The notes: a model not told the origin generated them from the letters alone. A stretch of DNA of 64,000 nucleotides from an uncultured Thermoplasmatales archaeon (GCA_964445525.1 CAYULA010000003.1:21921-85920); one strand, 5' to 3'; shown: positions 29,292-39,786, counted from the first letter of the stretch. Translations and numbers: made by a program.

Positions 29292-30467
29292 TCAGTTCAG
29301 CAATGTACTTTCCAGGTACTCTATCAATTCCTGTACCGGGACATCCTGGATCGTTATCAGCGTTGTATTGCCCACAGTCCCCTTCCCGGACCTCTTGGTC
29401 GAAATAAGGCCGAAAGCATCCATCTCCTTCATGTACTGCCAGAACTGGGTATGGCCGAGAGGTTTCTTGTTCACCTGCTCGCAGAGGGCCTGATATTCGG
29501 ATTCGAGCTCCCCCGTGGAGCAGTATGCCGTTTTCTTTAAAAGCCTGGAGGCTGCCAGAAGCATGACCTGCTCGTGGACGTTGAGCTGATGAATGGTCTC
29601 CTCGAAGATGAAAGGTTTTACATCGGCTTTGGCCCACCGTGCATGCTCGGCATTGACTGTGTCGCTTCCCCTCTCCTCTGCAACCATGCCGGATTTCTCC
29701 AGCAGTTCTATGGCAAACCTTGCATCGCCGTATTCCTCCGACATGGAGGCAATCATCTCGGATACACCGTTTTCCACGATATTCTGATGAAAGGCGAGAT
29801 CGATCCTCTGATCCACTATGGCTTGAAGTATCTCCATGTCGTATTTTCCGAACTCCAGGTGATTCGTTCTCTTGAATGTTGAAAGGGAGGCCTTGTCCAG
29901 GAGCTGTACGATGGCCTTCTGGCTCACCATCACGAGAGATATGGATCCCAGGAGCTCCTCGTCCTCTTCCTGGATCCTGGTGAAATTGTAGACCAGATCT
30001 GACCCGGACCTCTTCAGGAGAACATCCGCCTCGTCAAGAACTATCACAAGGTGGCACTCCCTTCTCTTGAGGTGCTTTTTGAGTATCTCTATCATCTCCG
30101 GGATGGAGAATCCCCTGTCGGGGAACCTGGGATCGAAATGGGTGAGTATTGAAAGCAGTACCATTGATTCGGATTTTCTGTTCCTGCAGTTGACATGCAC
30201 GCTCTCTATCCTTCTCCTGTTTTCGAGACCCGCTTCCTCTAAGACCATGCAGAATCTCTTCACCACTGCGGTCTTTCCCGATCCTACAGGTCCGGTGACC
30301 AGGGCTGTCTGGCTCATCCCGTCGTAGAGGACTGGCCGGAATAATCTTGCAAGACCGTCCATTTCCTTTTCCCTGCCGGGGAGCTCCTCCGGTACGTAGT
30401 CGAAGGACAGTTTGGACTGGTCCTTGAATATGTTGCTTCGCTTCAGCGCATCGAGGGCGGTCTTCAT
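29292..30467 (-). CDS. cdc6: Orc1/Cdc6 replication initiator AAA+ protein
   Basis: LSFDYVPEELPGREKEM, Walker A VTGPVGSGKTAVV, Walker B HLVIVLDEADVLL, and a C-terminal winged helix. 391 aa. Confidence 0.9.
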   Translation of the reverse strand: MKTALDALKRSNIFKDQSKLSFDYVPEELPGREKEMDGLARLFRPVLYDGMSQTALVTGPVGSGKTAVVKRFCMVLEEAGLENRRRIESVHVNCRNRKSESMVLLSILTHFDPRFPDRGFSIPEMIEILKKHLKRRECHLVIVLDEADVLLKRSGSDLVYNFTRIQEEDEELLGSISLVMVSQKAIVQLLDKASLSTFKRTNHLEFGKYDMEILQAIVDQRIDLAFHQNIVENGVSEMIASMSEEYGDARFAIELLEKSGMVAEERGSDTVNAEHARWAKADVKPFIFEETIHQLNVHEQVMLLAASRLLKKTAYCSTGELESEYQALCEQVNKKPLGHTQFWQYMKEMDAFGLISTKRSGKGTVGNTTLITIQDVPVQELIEYLESTLLN

Positions 30468-30501
30468 GAACGTGTGTATAGACTATGGTCTAAAAATACT
30501 T

Positions 30502-31074
30502 TCACCGACCCTTGTCCCCCTTCCCCATGCCTCCCAGAGGCTCGGCCTTTCTTTGAGAGGAGTTCTCCGCACATTCAATGTTCGATCTCCTCTCCCTCTG
30601 CCTCCTCATCCTGGCTATCTGCCCGGGAGAGGGTCCGCAATCCTCATCGTCTGTCTCTTCCTCCTCCTCTCCTTCCTCCTTTTTTGATCCGGATCTCTTT
30701 TCCTCCTCCGTGGAGGAAAATGTGGTCGTGCAGTGGTAGCAGAAGTTCAGGTCCTCTTCGATCTGCTTCCCGCAATTGGGGCAGACCTTCATTCCAAGCT
30801 CCTCTCCGGGCCGCTTGAATCCTTTTATTCCGTAAAAGAGCCACAAAGCTCCGAATGCCATGGAGGCTGCCCCCGCTGGAATCAGAATCGGCCCTCCGGT
30901 AAGATCGTCCCCATCAAGGTCCCGGGGCTCTCCTACGGTCGCCTGGTAGGAGAACCCCCACAGGAGGAGCATTCCTCCAACCATCACCATGAATACACCT
31001 ACGCCAATGGCGATCCATTTTACATATATCGAGGTAGACCTCGATTTCTTTTCCTTCGATCCGTCATCAACCAT
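30502..31074 (-). CDS. two-TM membrane protein with cytoplasmic zinc ribbon and acidic tail
   Basis: TM helices WIAIGVGVFMVMVGGMLLLWGF and AASMAFGALWLFYGI, then VCPNCGKQIEEDLNFCYHCTT. It ends 34 nt upstream of the cdc6 start on the same strand. Confidence 0.6.
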   Translation of the reverse strand: MVDDGSKEKKSRSTSIYVKWIAIGVGVFMVMVGGMLLLWGFSYQATVGEPRDLDGDDLTGGPILIPAGAASMAFGALWLFYGIKGFKRPGEELGMKVCPNCGKQIEEDLNFCYHCTTTFSSTEEEKRSGSKKEEGEEEEETDDEDCGPSPGQIARMRRQRERRSNIECAENSSQRKAEPLGGMGKGDKGR

Positions 31075-31159
31075 TCATATCATACCTTGGAGGGGGGCTC
31101 TGCTCCAATGATGGAGCTGGAATAAAAGAATAACGCAGGTCCAACCCTTACGGAGTTGA

Positions 31160-34100
31160 TCAATTGGCCTTGGGTAAGGTTATTTTGAACCTCGCACCCG
31201 ATTCGGGTTTTCCCTCAATCCTGTCCAGGACCTGGATCGTTCCCTGATATCGATTCACAAGCTCCCTGACAAGAGATAGACCGATCCCGCTGTAGCCGTA
31301 ATCGGATCCCTTGACGAACCTGTCAAAGACCTGATCCTTCTGATCGTCTGGGATACCTATGCCGTGATCGCAGATATCAAGCTGTATCTCGTCGTCCAGA
31401 TTTTGGAGGTCTATGTCAATTCTCACGATATCGCCGTATTGGAACTTGACACCGTTATGAAGCAGATTGAAGAAGACCTCCTCGAATACGGGTTCTGCAT
31501 ATACCTCCGCGCTTCCTTGGGGCGCATTGAGAGAGATTGACATATCCCTGTCCGCGAATAGTGTCTTTATCTCCCTTGTGCAGTTTTTCAGAATTGGTAT
31601 CAGATCGATCTTGGAGAGGTCCTCCTTCATGTCCTTCAGCCTGGAAAGGAGAAGTACGTTCCTTACCAGTTTGATCGACCTCTTTTCGAGCTCAATCATC
31701 TTCTGGAAAGCGTATTCTCTCTCTTTCTCGTTGTCCTTTTTTAACCTTGCGATTGCTGTCCAGGCTTGAAGGCCCTGATGAATATTTCCAATATCGTGGG
31801 AGAGCAGATCCAGATAGAACTCCGCCCTGTTCTTTTCCAGTTCCACCTGCTCCCTGGACATGATCCTCTCCGTAACATCCCTAAGGACTCCCACGATGGT
31901 GATCTTTCCATCCTTGCCCTCAACCATCTTGGCCGAGGCGCTGATATGCTTGACCCCGCCGTCTTTGTGAATGGTCCTGTATATGAAGTTGGAAATCCTT
32001 CGTTTCTCGATCATCTGATGGAGCAATTCCATGCATTTTTCGATATCATCGGGATGTATGAAATCAACATAGCTTTTCCCTACAACCTCATCGGGTGAGT
32101 ATCCGAAAATCTCCTCGGTCTGGGGTGAGCAGTAGATAATGTCGGTGTCAAATGATATCTCCATCACGGCATCGGAGAGGTTATCCATCAAGGTCTTGTA
32201 TCGCTCCCTGCTTTCACGGTAGGCCTCCTCCGTCCATCTCCTCTCCAGATCGCTTGTCATGAGGTCGCTTATTACCCTCAGGATCTCGGTCTCGGTAGAT
32301 TTCCAGTTCCTCACTTTCTCCGTATCATCGAATCCCATGAATCCCCACAGACTGCCGCTTTTGGATATAATGGGAACAACCAATACCGATTTGATATCCT
32401 GGCTTTTGAGAGCTTCTCTCTCGGAGTAGGCCTCATCCGGGAGTTCCTCAAGGTTATTTACGGGTATGGTCTTCCCCATTCCCAGATTTTTCATCCACCA
32501 GGGGAAGATACTCGTATCAAGGTCCTGAAGATTTTCCAACTGTGGTTCGGTCCCGTGAGAGCACCATTCATGTGTGTTGTCCATCTTGGTTCCGTTTTCC
32601 CTCAAGCGGAAGATATAGGCTCTATTGACAGAAACGGATTGGCCCATAATCTTCAGGATGGTGTTGTAGTCGGCTTCCTCCGTTGATACGAACATCTTGG
32701 AGATTTCCGCGACAACCTTGTCCAGTCTGCTCCTGTACATCAGCTCATCTTCGGTTCTCTTTCTATCCGTGATATCGTGAAAGACCACTATCCCTGACTT
32801 TACCGTGCCTTCTTCATCGAGAATGGGAGAGGCGTTTGCGCTTACCCATCTGTCCTCTCCTTTTTCATTTCTTATGATCACCTCCTCATCCTTGACCGTT
32901 TCACCATTGAGAACCGCTCTCGAGAGGGGAAGCTTTTGCGGAGGGCAGGGCGATCCGTCCGGTAGAAAGGTCTGCCAACTGCTGCTGTGTTTTTCCAGTT
33001 CTATATCCGTAAGATTTTTCTTTTCTCCTCCTCGGATGCCGAAAGCGGCAGGATTTGCCAGTGTGATCTTCACATCGGGTGCTTCTGCGACCAGGATCCC
33101 CGAAGGTGAATTGATGAATGCCGCTTCAAGCATGCTCTTGGTTCTTGCCAGTTCTTCCCTGGATAGTTTCTTTTCCGTAATATCCATATGAGTTCCGCAG
33201 GCCCTGATCGGGGATCCGTCTTCTCCCCTCTCGAAAACCTTTCCCATATCCAGGATCCATTTCCATTGACCCGATTGATGCTTCATTCTGTACTCTGCCT
33301 CGTAGTATTCGATTTCTCCGTCAAGATGGGTTTGAAGGATCTTCATAACCTTTTCTTCATCATCCGGGTGGAGAAGACCTTTCCATGTATTGAGATCAAG
33401 GTCCAGTTCATCCGGTCTGTATCCCAGTACCTCCGCCCAACGATCGTTGAATATCAGCTTTCCCGTGGGAATGTTCCAGTCCCACATGCCCAGATCGGTC
33501 GCCATTATGGCAAGTCTCAATCTCTCCTCGCTCTCTTCCAGTGATTTCCTTATTTCGTATTCCTCGGAGACATCCCTGAATATCAGGACCACTCCCGATG
33601 TCTTTCCGTCCGAAGAGATTACCGGAGCCGCCGAATCCGCTATCTGATGCTCGTTGCCTTCCCTGTCGATCAAAAGGGTATCATTTGCAAGCCCCACAAT
33701 CGAACCGGATTCCAGGACCTGTGAAACAGGATCCACAACCCTCTTCCTTGTATGCGAATTGACTATTCTGAACACATCACTAAGAGGACGCCCTCTGGCA
33801 GATTCCTCATCCCATCCGGTGAGGTCCTCTGCAACTGAATTCATCCTCCTTATCCTGCCATCAATATCGGTAGAGATCACGGCATCCCCTATGCCGTAAA
33901 GGGTGGCTTTAAGCTCAGCTTCCTGCTGAGCAAGCATTTTTTGTGACTCCATTCTTTCGGTTATGTCCTCATACGTTCCCAGGATCCCGACAACATTTCC
34001 ATCATTATCCCTGATGGGAACCTTGTTTGTATCGAGCCATGCATTCTTACCGTCGGCTTGCTTCTGAGGTTCAATTATATGGTATCGAGGTATGCCGGAT

Positions 34101-34372
34101 TCCATGACCTCTCTGTCGCATTTAATGAAGAAATCCGCTTCCTCCTTCTTCCAGGCAAGATCATGGTCCGTTTTTCCCACTATCTCCTCCGGCGAGCCCA
34201 CCCCTGCCACTGTAGCGAAATTCTCGTTGCAGCCCATGTAGACGGAATTCCGGTCCTTCCAGAAGATGAATTGTGGTATGGAGTTAATCACCATCTTGAG
34301 CATTGAATCGTTATTCGAGTAGAAATCCCGGCTTATTGAGGTCCCAGAGGGCGAATCTCCTTCCGAATCCAT
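31160..34372 (-). CDS. multi-PAS/GAF sensor histidine kinase (cytoplasmic)
   Basis: At least five PAS/PAC units (e.g. [19 protein letters not shown]; [22 protein letters not shown]; [15 protein letters not shown]), a GAF-like segment, an H-box [13 protein letters not shown], and an HATPase_c domain (N-box [27 protein letters not shown]). No TM helix and no adjacent response regulator. Confidence 0.9.
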   Translation of the reverse strand: MDSEGDSPSGTSISRDFYSNNDSMLKMVINSIPQFIFWKDRNSVYMGCNENFATVAGVGSPEEIVGKTDHDLAWKKEEADFFIKCDREVMESGIPRYHIIEPQKQADGKNAWLDTNKVPIRDNDGNVVGILGTYEDITERMESQKMLAQQEAELKATLYGIGDAVISTDIDGRIRRMNSVAEDLTGWDEESARGRPLSDVFRIVNSHTRKRVVDPVSQVLESGSIVGLANDTLLIDREGNEHQIADSAAPVISSDGKTSGVVLIFRDVSEEYEIRKSLEESEERLRLAIMATDLGMWDWNIPTGKLIFNDRWAEVLGYRPDELDLDLNTWKGLLHPDDEEKVMKILQTHLDGEIEYYEAEYRMKHQSGQWKWILDMGKVFERGEDGSPIRACGTHMDITEKKLSREELARTKSMLEAAFINSPSGILVAEAPDVKITLANPAAFGIRGGEKKNLTDIELEKHSSSWQTFLPDGSPCPPQKLPLSRAVLNGETVKDEEVIIRNEKGEDRWVSANASPILDEEGTVKSGIVVFHDITDRKRTEDELMYRSRLDKVVAEISKMFVSTEEADYNTILKIMGQSVSVNRAYIFRLRENGTKMDNTHEWCSHGTEPQLENLQDLDTSIFPWWMKNLGMGKTIPVNNLEELPDEAYSEREALKSQDIKSVLVVPIISKSGSLWGFMGFDDTEKVRNWKSTETEILRVISDLMTSDLERRWTEEAYRESRERYKTLMDNLSDAVMEISFDTDIIYCSPQTEEIFGYSPDEVVGKSYVDFIHPDDIEKCMELLHQMIEKRRISNFIYRTIHKDGGVKHISASAKMVEGKDGKITIVGVLRDVTERIMSREQVELEKNRAEFYLDLLSHDIGNIHQGLQAWTAIARLKKDNEKEREYAFQKMIELEKRSIKLVRNVLLLSRLKDMKEDLSKIDLIPILKNCTREIKTLFADRDMSISLNAPQGSAEVYAEPVFEEVFFNLLHNGVKFQYGDIVRIDIDLQNLDDEIQLDICDHGIGIPDDQKDQVFDRFVKGSDYGYSGIGLSLVRELVNRYQGTIQVLDRIEGKPESGARFKITLPKAN

Positions 34373-34737
34373 AGGTTATCCTCCTGATAATTTTCCAAGC
34401 ACTTTCTTTCCTGATTGGTCCAAACTAGCGGATCCCGACCAGTATTTCCTTTTTGGATATGTTTGAAGCACTTGACGGAACCACTGCCACCAATTGCCCG
34501 CATTTAGGAATCCGAATACCGGACTCACCGATCTGGCTTTCCATTTTTAATACTTTTTCCCATGGAATCATTATTATTTCATCTATTGAAATCATCCGCA
34601 GGTAACTCGAGATACGGGCGAGCATCCGATAACCAGCTGGTTTCATAGGAAACAAAAAAATAACTGAAACCCCACTTAACCCTGGCCGCTCACTGGTTCC
34701 CCCGTGTCCAGATGCGGTTCCTTGTGGAGGTGTTTCC

Positions 34738-35760
34738 ATGGGTCTGTTCAGCAAGAAGCCCAAGGTAAGGTTCGAGACCATAACAATTGACAGGGAGACA
34801 GAGGTCTTCCGCGCCCTTGAGAACAAGGGATGGATACTCTGCGATGACCCATTCCAATTCGATCTGCACAAACCTCCTGAAAAGCTGAGAAAGGACGCCA
34901 TGAGCGTCGCAAAGGATCTCAAAGGGGAGCTCATTGTTGAGATCTATGATCCCATTTACGTGAATATGCCCTGGAAAGGGCTCAGATATGCTGTATGGAG
35001 AAGGGCCACACCCGATCAGATCCGGGAGCGTATTGCAAAACAGCAGGAAAAGGCCAGGCCCAATTACAAGGATACAATGGGATCATATGATGATATCCAG
35101 AGGCAGCTCGACCAGAGGAGGATCCATGTATCGGATGAGGACCTGCGTGCCCTTGACGACCTGAAGTTGGATCAGGATTCCGACCTCAAAGGCGATTCCG
35201 GGGGTAAGCAATCAGATGAGCTCAGGATGGCCAACGAGGCGATCCAGGCGATCTCCACTTTCGATCCCTACGAACATCAGGGAGAGTATGCAGATGAGGG
35301 GGCGGAATCCAAAGGTCCGGTTTTCGAGGAGAGTATAGAACTCCAGGCCGATGTCCCCGATGCAACAGACCCGTCCGAGGAAATCAACGCAATGGACATG
35401 ATGATGGGCGAAGCACAGAAACAACCGGCCGTACCGCAGCAGGAAGGACAGGTTCCCATGGAAACCGAGAAGCCGCAGCCTCCGGCAATTCAGACACCGG
35501 CATCACCTCCCGCAAATATCCAACAGGCTCAGCCTCCAGCCAACAGACCCCAGGCCTCACCTCCGTCAAACGTTCAGAGGCCCCAGCCTCCCGCCAATCA
35601 ACAACCTGCAAGGCCGCCAGCAAATACCCAACAGGCCCAGCCACCTGCCCGATCGAATCAAGCTCAGCCTCCCGCACAACAACCTTCCGATTCGGGCTTC
35701 AAGGCCCCTCCCCCCCCACCCAATAACATGGTAGGAAAAAGGGATGAAGATGAAGACTGA
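34738..35760 (+). CDS. hypothetical protein with Pro/Gln-rich degenerate repeats
   Basis: GGAGGTG lies 5 nt upstream of the ATG. The C-terminal third is PPAIQTPASPPANIQQAQPPANRPQASPPSNVQRPQPPANQQPARPPANTQQAQPPARSNQAQPPAQQ. No domain recognised. Confidence 0.55.
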   Translation: MGLFSKKPKVRFETITIDRETEVFRALENKGWILCDDPFQFDLHKPPEKLRKDAMSVAKDLKGELIVEIYDPIYVNMPWKGLRYAVWRRATPDQIRERIAKQQEKARPNYKDTMGSYDDIQRQLDQRRIHVSDEDLRALDDLKLDQDSDLKGDSGGKQSDELRMANEAIQAISTFDPYEHQGEYADEGAESKGPVFEESIELQADVPDATDPSEEINAMDMMMGEAQKQPAVPQQEGQVPMETEKPQPPAIQTPASPPANIQQAQPPANRPQASPPSNVQRPQPPANQQPARPPANTQQAQPPARSNQAQPPAQQPSDSGFKAPPPPPNNMVGKRDEDED

Positions 35761-36196
35761 ATCCGATGGACAATCCGGGATCGAGGCCCTCGGAATTCCG
35801 TTGAAAGGAGTTGGTAAAGAGAAAGTCAAGGGAGAGGTACTGAGGTGGAAAGGATCGATCTCGTTTCTGGGTGATGTGGATCCCGAAAAAGGAACCTTGA
35901 CAAAGGATGATCTGGTACGAGATCTCAAAGACAGGATCCTTGTTTTCGAGGAAGGGGCGGGATCCACTGTGGGGTCTTATGTAGTTTACAATCTCAGATT
36001 ATATGACAAAGCCCCATTGGCAATGGTAATGTCCAGGGCCGATGCAATTATAACCATCGGTTGCATTCTTGCTGATATTCCCCTGATAAACAGGGTGAAT
36101 GAAGATATAATGAACGATATTGCCACCGGAGACACCCTCGAATTGGACCCAGTGTCCGGAAGGATCTCAGTGTGGAAGGGAAATGCAAGGTTGTGA
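35744..36196 (+). CDS. DUF126 / aconitase-X swivel-domain protein (small-subunit type)
   Basis: GEVLRWKGSISFLGDVDPEKGTL...ILVFEEGAGSTVGSYVVYNL...AMVMSRADAIITIGCILADIPLI follows the DUF126 pattern. It overlaps the upstream gene by 17 nt. Confidence 0.7.
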   Translation: MKMKTESDGQSGIEALGIPLKGVGKEKVKGEVLRWKGSISFLGDVDPEKGTLTKDDLVRDLKDRILVFEEGAGSTVGSYVVYNLRLYDKAPLAMVMSRADAIITIGCILADIPLINRVNEDIMNDIATGDTLELDPVSGRISVWKGNARL

Positions 36197-36200
36197 TCCG

Positions 36201-36530
36201 ATGCTGGAGAAACTCATCAATCTGAGCAAGCAGGTGAACAAGAAGATAGAGACAGATCCCAAGATAAGGGAGATGGCAGAGGAAAAAGACAGGACAATTT
36301 CACTCCATTTCACCGATGAAAATGACTACATTCTCGAAGTGAAAGACGGCAAGGTTCTGGAACCCAGGGAGGGAAAGCTCGAAGATCCCACGCTTCTTGT
36401 GATAACGGATACCCAGACAATGCAGAAGATACTGGACAAGAAGCTCAATCCTCTAATGGCCTATGCCATGAAGAAGATAAAGGTAAAGGGTCCGATGGAT
36501 GAGGTTCTGCTTCTGAAGGATTTCTTCTGA
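36201..36530 (+). CDS. SCP2 sterol-carrier-like domain protein
   Basis: Start at ATG 36201, 4 nt after the upstream stop. TISLHFTDENDYILEVKDGKV...LLVITDTQTMQKILDKKLNPLMAYAMKKIKVKGPMDEVLLLKDFF matches SCP2 C-terminal helices. Confidence 0.7.
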   Translation: MLEKLINLSKQVNKKIETDPKIREMAEEKDRTISLHFTDENDYILEVKDGKVLEPREGKLEDPTLLVITDTQTMQKILDKKLNPLMAYAMKKIKVKGPMDEVLLLKDFF

Positions 36531-36669
36531 AACCAGAATTGTTTACCAGCTCCAGCCAAAGGATTTATAAAGATATCACATATGGAACATGAACAGATCG
36601 TGAGGAAAAGGAGTGGTCCTATTGAAAAACAAAAATCCAAATGCGGGTCACCCCTCAAGGAGGATGGTC

Positions 36670-39600
36670 ATGAGACTCGTATTCTCACTTTCAGTCCTTC
36701 TTCTATCATCAATCACAATTGTACCGGCAGTTTTCAATTATGATGTCTCCGCCCAGGAGAATACTCCGCCGGTTGCCAATGCCGGGGATGACATCACGGA
36801 GGTACTCCTTAACCAGGAGGTGCTTCTCGACGGTTCGAATTCAACCGACGAGGATATAGATAACTGCACATGGTCCTGGGAATGCACCTCACATGAGGAT
36901 GTGGAAATACTCGACAATGACACTTCAATGGCTTCCTTCATTGTTTTCACCGAGGAGACCATCACATTCCTTCTCACGGTAACAGATCCGGGAAATCTAA
37001 CGGATACGGATGAACTCGAGGTGATCCCCGATATCAACGAGGACCCCACTGTGGACCCTCTTTCAATAATGCCGGCGGATTCGGGGCCCGAGGGCCCATT
37101 TTACGAGATATCGGAACCAATCGAATTCAACGCCACAACCGTTTCCGATTCCGAATCCACCCTGGATGAGCTGTCATTCACATGGGAATCGGATGTGGAA
37201 GGTGAAAGATCATTTCCATCGGAGCCTGCCTTCAACAGGACCATGAACGTATTGGGTTGGCACAACATAACCCTGACCGTCGCCGATCCCAACGGGGGAG
37301 AGTCGATTCTGATAAAGAAGATAAAGGTCAGGGAGGACATCCGGGGCCCTACGGCTGTCATGGATCTCATTCCGAATCGTTCTATATACACAAAGGGAGA
37401 GATCATAACTCTGGATGCAACCGATACGGAGGACCCCAATACCTTCGATACGCTGGAGACCATGAATTTTACCTGGCGCACCAACATAAGCGGAGGAAGA
37501 ATACTTGGTTATGGCGCTGTTTTGAATGTTACCCTCGAGGAGGGATTCCACAACATCAGCCTGAAAGTAACTGATACGGATGGATTGACCTCTGTTGATT
37601 TCAGGACGATAGAGATATCCAACGATCCTCCGGTTGCCGTTATTTCCACACCCGAAATCAGGTCGAGGAACGGCGTAAGGACCGTCAATGTAAGCGAGAC
37701 CGCTTCCTTTTCTGCTTTCAACTCTTTCGACCGCAACGGTGACGATCTGGAATACAGCTGGGATTTCGGCGACGGCACCTCCGCTTTCGGTGTCAATGTC
37801 ACAAACATCTACAACGATTTCGGAACCTTCAACGTAACACTGGAGGTCGATGACGGATCAACCAAAGACAATCTGGGAAATGACACGGTCAGGATCGATG
37901 TCAACACCATACCGGAAGCAGTCATAGAGCCACCCGGAGATATTATCGTGGGAGAGTCATACCAATTCTCCGCCAACGGTACAACGGACGAGGACGGAGA
38001 TGATCTTACCTACAGGTGGGATTTTGACGGCGACGGTTTATTCGATCAATCCGGTTTCAACTCTTCTTTCACTTACGAGGAGGAGGGGGAGTTCACTGTA
38101 ACACTTCATGTCGACGATGATTTCGCTGTCTCCACGGCTGAAGTGATCTTCCGGCCCAAACTTCCCAACGAGGCGCCCATTCCCGCTATCGTGGGATGGG
38201 AAGAGGGCGACGATCCCATTATAGTCGCTCTCGAGGATGACAGGGGAGAGGTGGAGCTCGATGCAAGCGCTTCCATCGACCCCGACGATGACAGCAACAA
38301 CAACGGGATAATCGATGGCAGAGAGAGGAACAATCTGACCTTTACCTGGGACCTCGATGCCGAGGACGATGAAAACAGGGATGGTATAGACGACAATGAT
38401 TTCACAAAACGCGGAGACACGGTCAGGGTCCCGGTAGAGGACGACGATATCTTAAGGGTAAGGCTCAATGCCACCGATGAGAGGGGTGTCTCATCATACC
38501 TTATCATCCTCATTCGAGGCGATCACCCCCCTGATGTTACGGATCTGAGAACCAACAAGAAGTCCAAGATCTATGTCAACTCCACGGTAGATTTTACCTC
38601 AACCGCAACGGACGAGGACAGCGGCCAGACCAGGGATCTGAGGTACCACTGGGACTTCGGGGACGGTAACGTAAGGAACGATACCCAGTCCACCACATCC
38701 TACAAGTATACCGAACCCGGATCCTACGAGGTCTATTCCTGGGTAACCGACGGATATCTGTGGGGTTTTGCCAGGTCCACGATAACGGTGGTGGAATTCG
38801 AAGGATTGGAGATCCGCTTCCCCCGGAACGGAGCCACGCTTAAGGGCAATGTTATCATGAGAGGTTATGTGGATCACCTTCTCGATTACAGGATAGAGAG
38901 AGTGGAGGTCAGGATAGACGGAGGGGAGTGGGAGAGGGCAGACAATCCCCCTGACTGGGAATACGAGTTGAACACGTTCAACCTCCCGGATGGAGAACAC
39001 GAACTGGAGGTCAGGGCCCTGCTGGATACCGGGGTGGAACAGACATCCTCGGTCACATTTACGGTTTCCAACACCGTGGAGCAGGACAATTCGGGATTGA
39101 TAGCCGGAATAGTGATCTTCATCGTGGTCCTTGCCGTGGTTGTTGTGATGTTCTTCCTTCTATTCGGAAAGAGGAAGTCAAGGGCTCAGGAACTCATGGG
39201 GCCTCCCCCCGGACCCGGGCCTGGTATTCCTGGCATGGTCCCACCTGGAGGTCTTCCCAAACCCCCTCAAAGGGCCAATCTGCCACCCACACAGGCACCT
39301 CCCAAAGAGGAGGAGAAACCCGAAGAGAAACCTCCGGAGGAAAAAGGACCCAAGATTGTGAGGGTCAAGTGCCCCTCGTGCAAGAAGGTGTTCAAGGTAG
39401 AGGATACCGGAGACAGGCCGTTGACCATGACCTGCACCCACTGCGGGGCGAAGGGATCCATTTCCCAGGTTCCGGGTGACGATAAGAAAGAGGAAACCCG
39501 AGAAGAAGAGGAAGAGGACGAGGGACCCGAACCGATCTCGATCATCTGCCCCTCCTGTTCAGGGATGTTCGAACTCGACCATGTCATGGATGAGGCTACC

Positions 39601-39786
39601 TGTCCGTTCTGCAACGTGAAGGGAGAACTTGACGAGGATACGAAGGCAGGACTGAAGGAGAGGTTCGGAGAGGAGGAGACCGAGGAGGTCAGCGTCAGGT
39701 GCCCCTCCTGTCAGGGTAAATTCTCCATAAAGTCCACCGACAAGGAGATCATCTGCCCTTACTGCGGTGTGTCGGGAAACGTCTGA
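36670..39786 (+). CDS. giant PKD-repeat surface protein with TM anchor and cytoplasmic tail carrying three zinc ribbons
   Basis: ATG 36670 lies 6 nt after GGAGG. Signal MRLVFSLSVLLLSSITIVPAVF. Multiple PKD signatures (SWDFGDGTSAFG...FNVTLEVDDG; YRWDFDGDGLFDQ...FTVTLHVDDD; YHWDFGDGNVRND...YEVYSWVTDG). TM helix LIAGIVIFIVVLAVVVVMFFLLFG. The Pro-rich tail carries CPSC-x18-CTHC, CPSC-x15-CPFC and CPSC-x15-CPYC. Confidence 0.8.
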   Translation: MRLVFSLSVLLLSSITIVPAVFNYDVSAQENTPPVANAGDDITEVLLNQEVLLDGSNSTDEDIDNCTWSWECTSHEDVEILDNDTSMASFIVFTEETITFLLTVTDPGNLTDTDELEVIPDINEDPTVDPLSIMPADSGPEGPFYEISEPIEFNATTVSDSESTLDELSFTWESDVEGERSFPSEPAFNRTMNVLGWHNITLTVADPNGGESILIKKIKVREDIRGPTAVMDLIPNRSIYTKGEIITLDATDTEDPNTFDTLETMNFTWRTNISGGRILGYGAVLNVTLEEGFHNISLKVTDTDGLTSVDFRTIEISNDPPVAVISTPEIRSRNGVRTVNVSETASFSAFNSFDRNGDDLEYSWDFGDGTSAFGVNVTNIYNDFGTFNVTLEVDDGSTKDNLGNDTVRIDVNTIPEAVIEPPGDIIVGESYQFSANGTTDEDGDDLTYRWDFDGDGLFDQSGFNSSFTYEEEGEFTVTLHVDDDFAVSTAEVIFRPKLPNEAPIPAIVGWEEGDDPIIVALEDDRGEVELDASASIDPDDDSNNNGIIDGRERNNLTFTWDLDAEDDENRDGIDDNDFTKRGDTVRVPVEDDDILRVRLNATDERGVSSYLIILIRGDHPPDVTDLRTNKKSKIYVNSTVDFTSTATDEDSGQTRDLRYHWDFGDGNVRNDTQSTTSYKYTEPGSYEVYSWVTDGYLWGFARSTITVVEFEGLEIRFPRNGATLKGNVIMRGYVDHLLDYRIERVEVRIDGGEWERADNPPDWEYELNTFNLPDGEHELEVRALLDTGVEQTSSVTFTVSNTVEQDNSGLIAGIVIFIVVLAVVVVMFFLLFGKRKSRAQELMGPPPGPGPGIPGMVPPGGLPKPPQRANLPPTQAPPKEEEKPEEKPPEEKGPKIVRVKCPSCKKVFKVEDTGDRPLTMTCTHCGAKGSISQVPGDDKKEETREEEEEDEGPEPISIICPSCSGMFELDHVMDEATCPFCNVKGELDEDTKAGLKERFGEEETEEVSVRCPSCQGKFSIKSTDKEIICPYCGVSGNV

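Noticed and set aside
29263-31159. A replication origin next to orc1/cdc6
   Set aside because: cdc6 is flanked by only 29 bp (downstream) and 34 bp (upstream, to a co-oriented gene). The next spacer (31075-31159) is 85 bp. I could not find ORB-like inverted repeats or an AT-rich unwinding element there. An origin may exist elsewhere, but it is not supported here.
34696-34733. ORB-like element (minus-strand CTCCACAAGGAAC-N13-GGGGG) 4.3 kb from cdc6
   Set aside because: The TGGAGG part is simply the Shine-Dalgarno sequence (GGAGGTG) of the gene starting at 34738. The spacing to the G-run does not match ORB consensus as I recall it, and no inverted partner copy was found.
34425-34934. 169-aa minus-strand ORF from the track
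   Set aside because: Its 5' third overlaps the well-supported plus-strand gene 34738..35760 in antisense. Its composition is Ser/Leu/Arg-rich, typical of non-coding frames. Only the distal 73 codons are even conceivable, and I treat those as a low-interest note.
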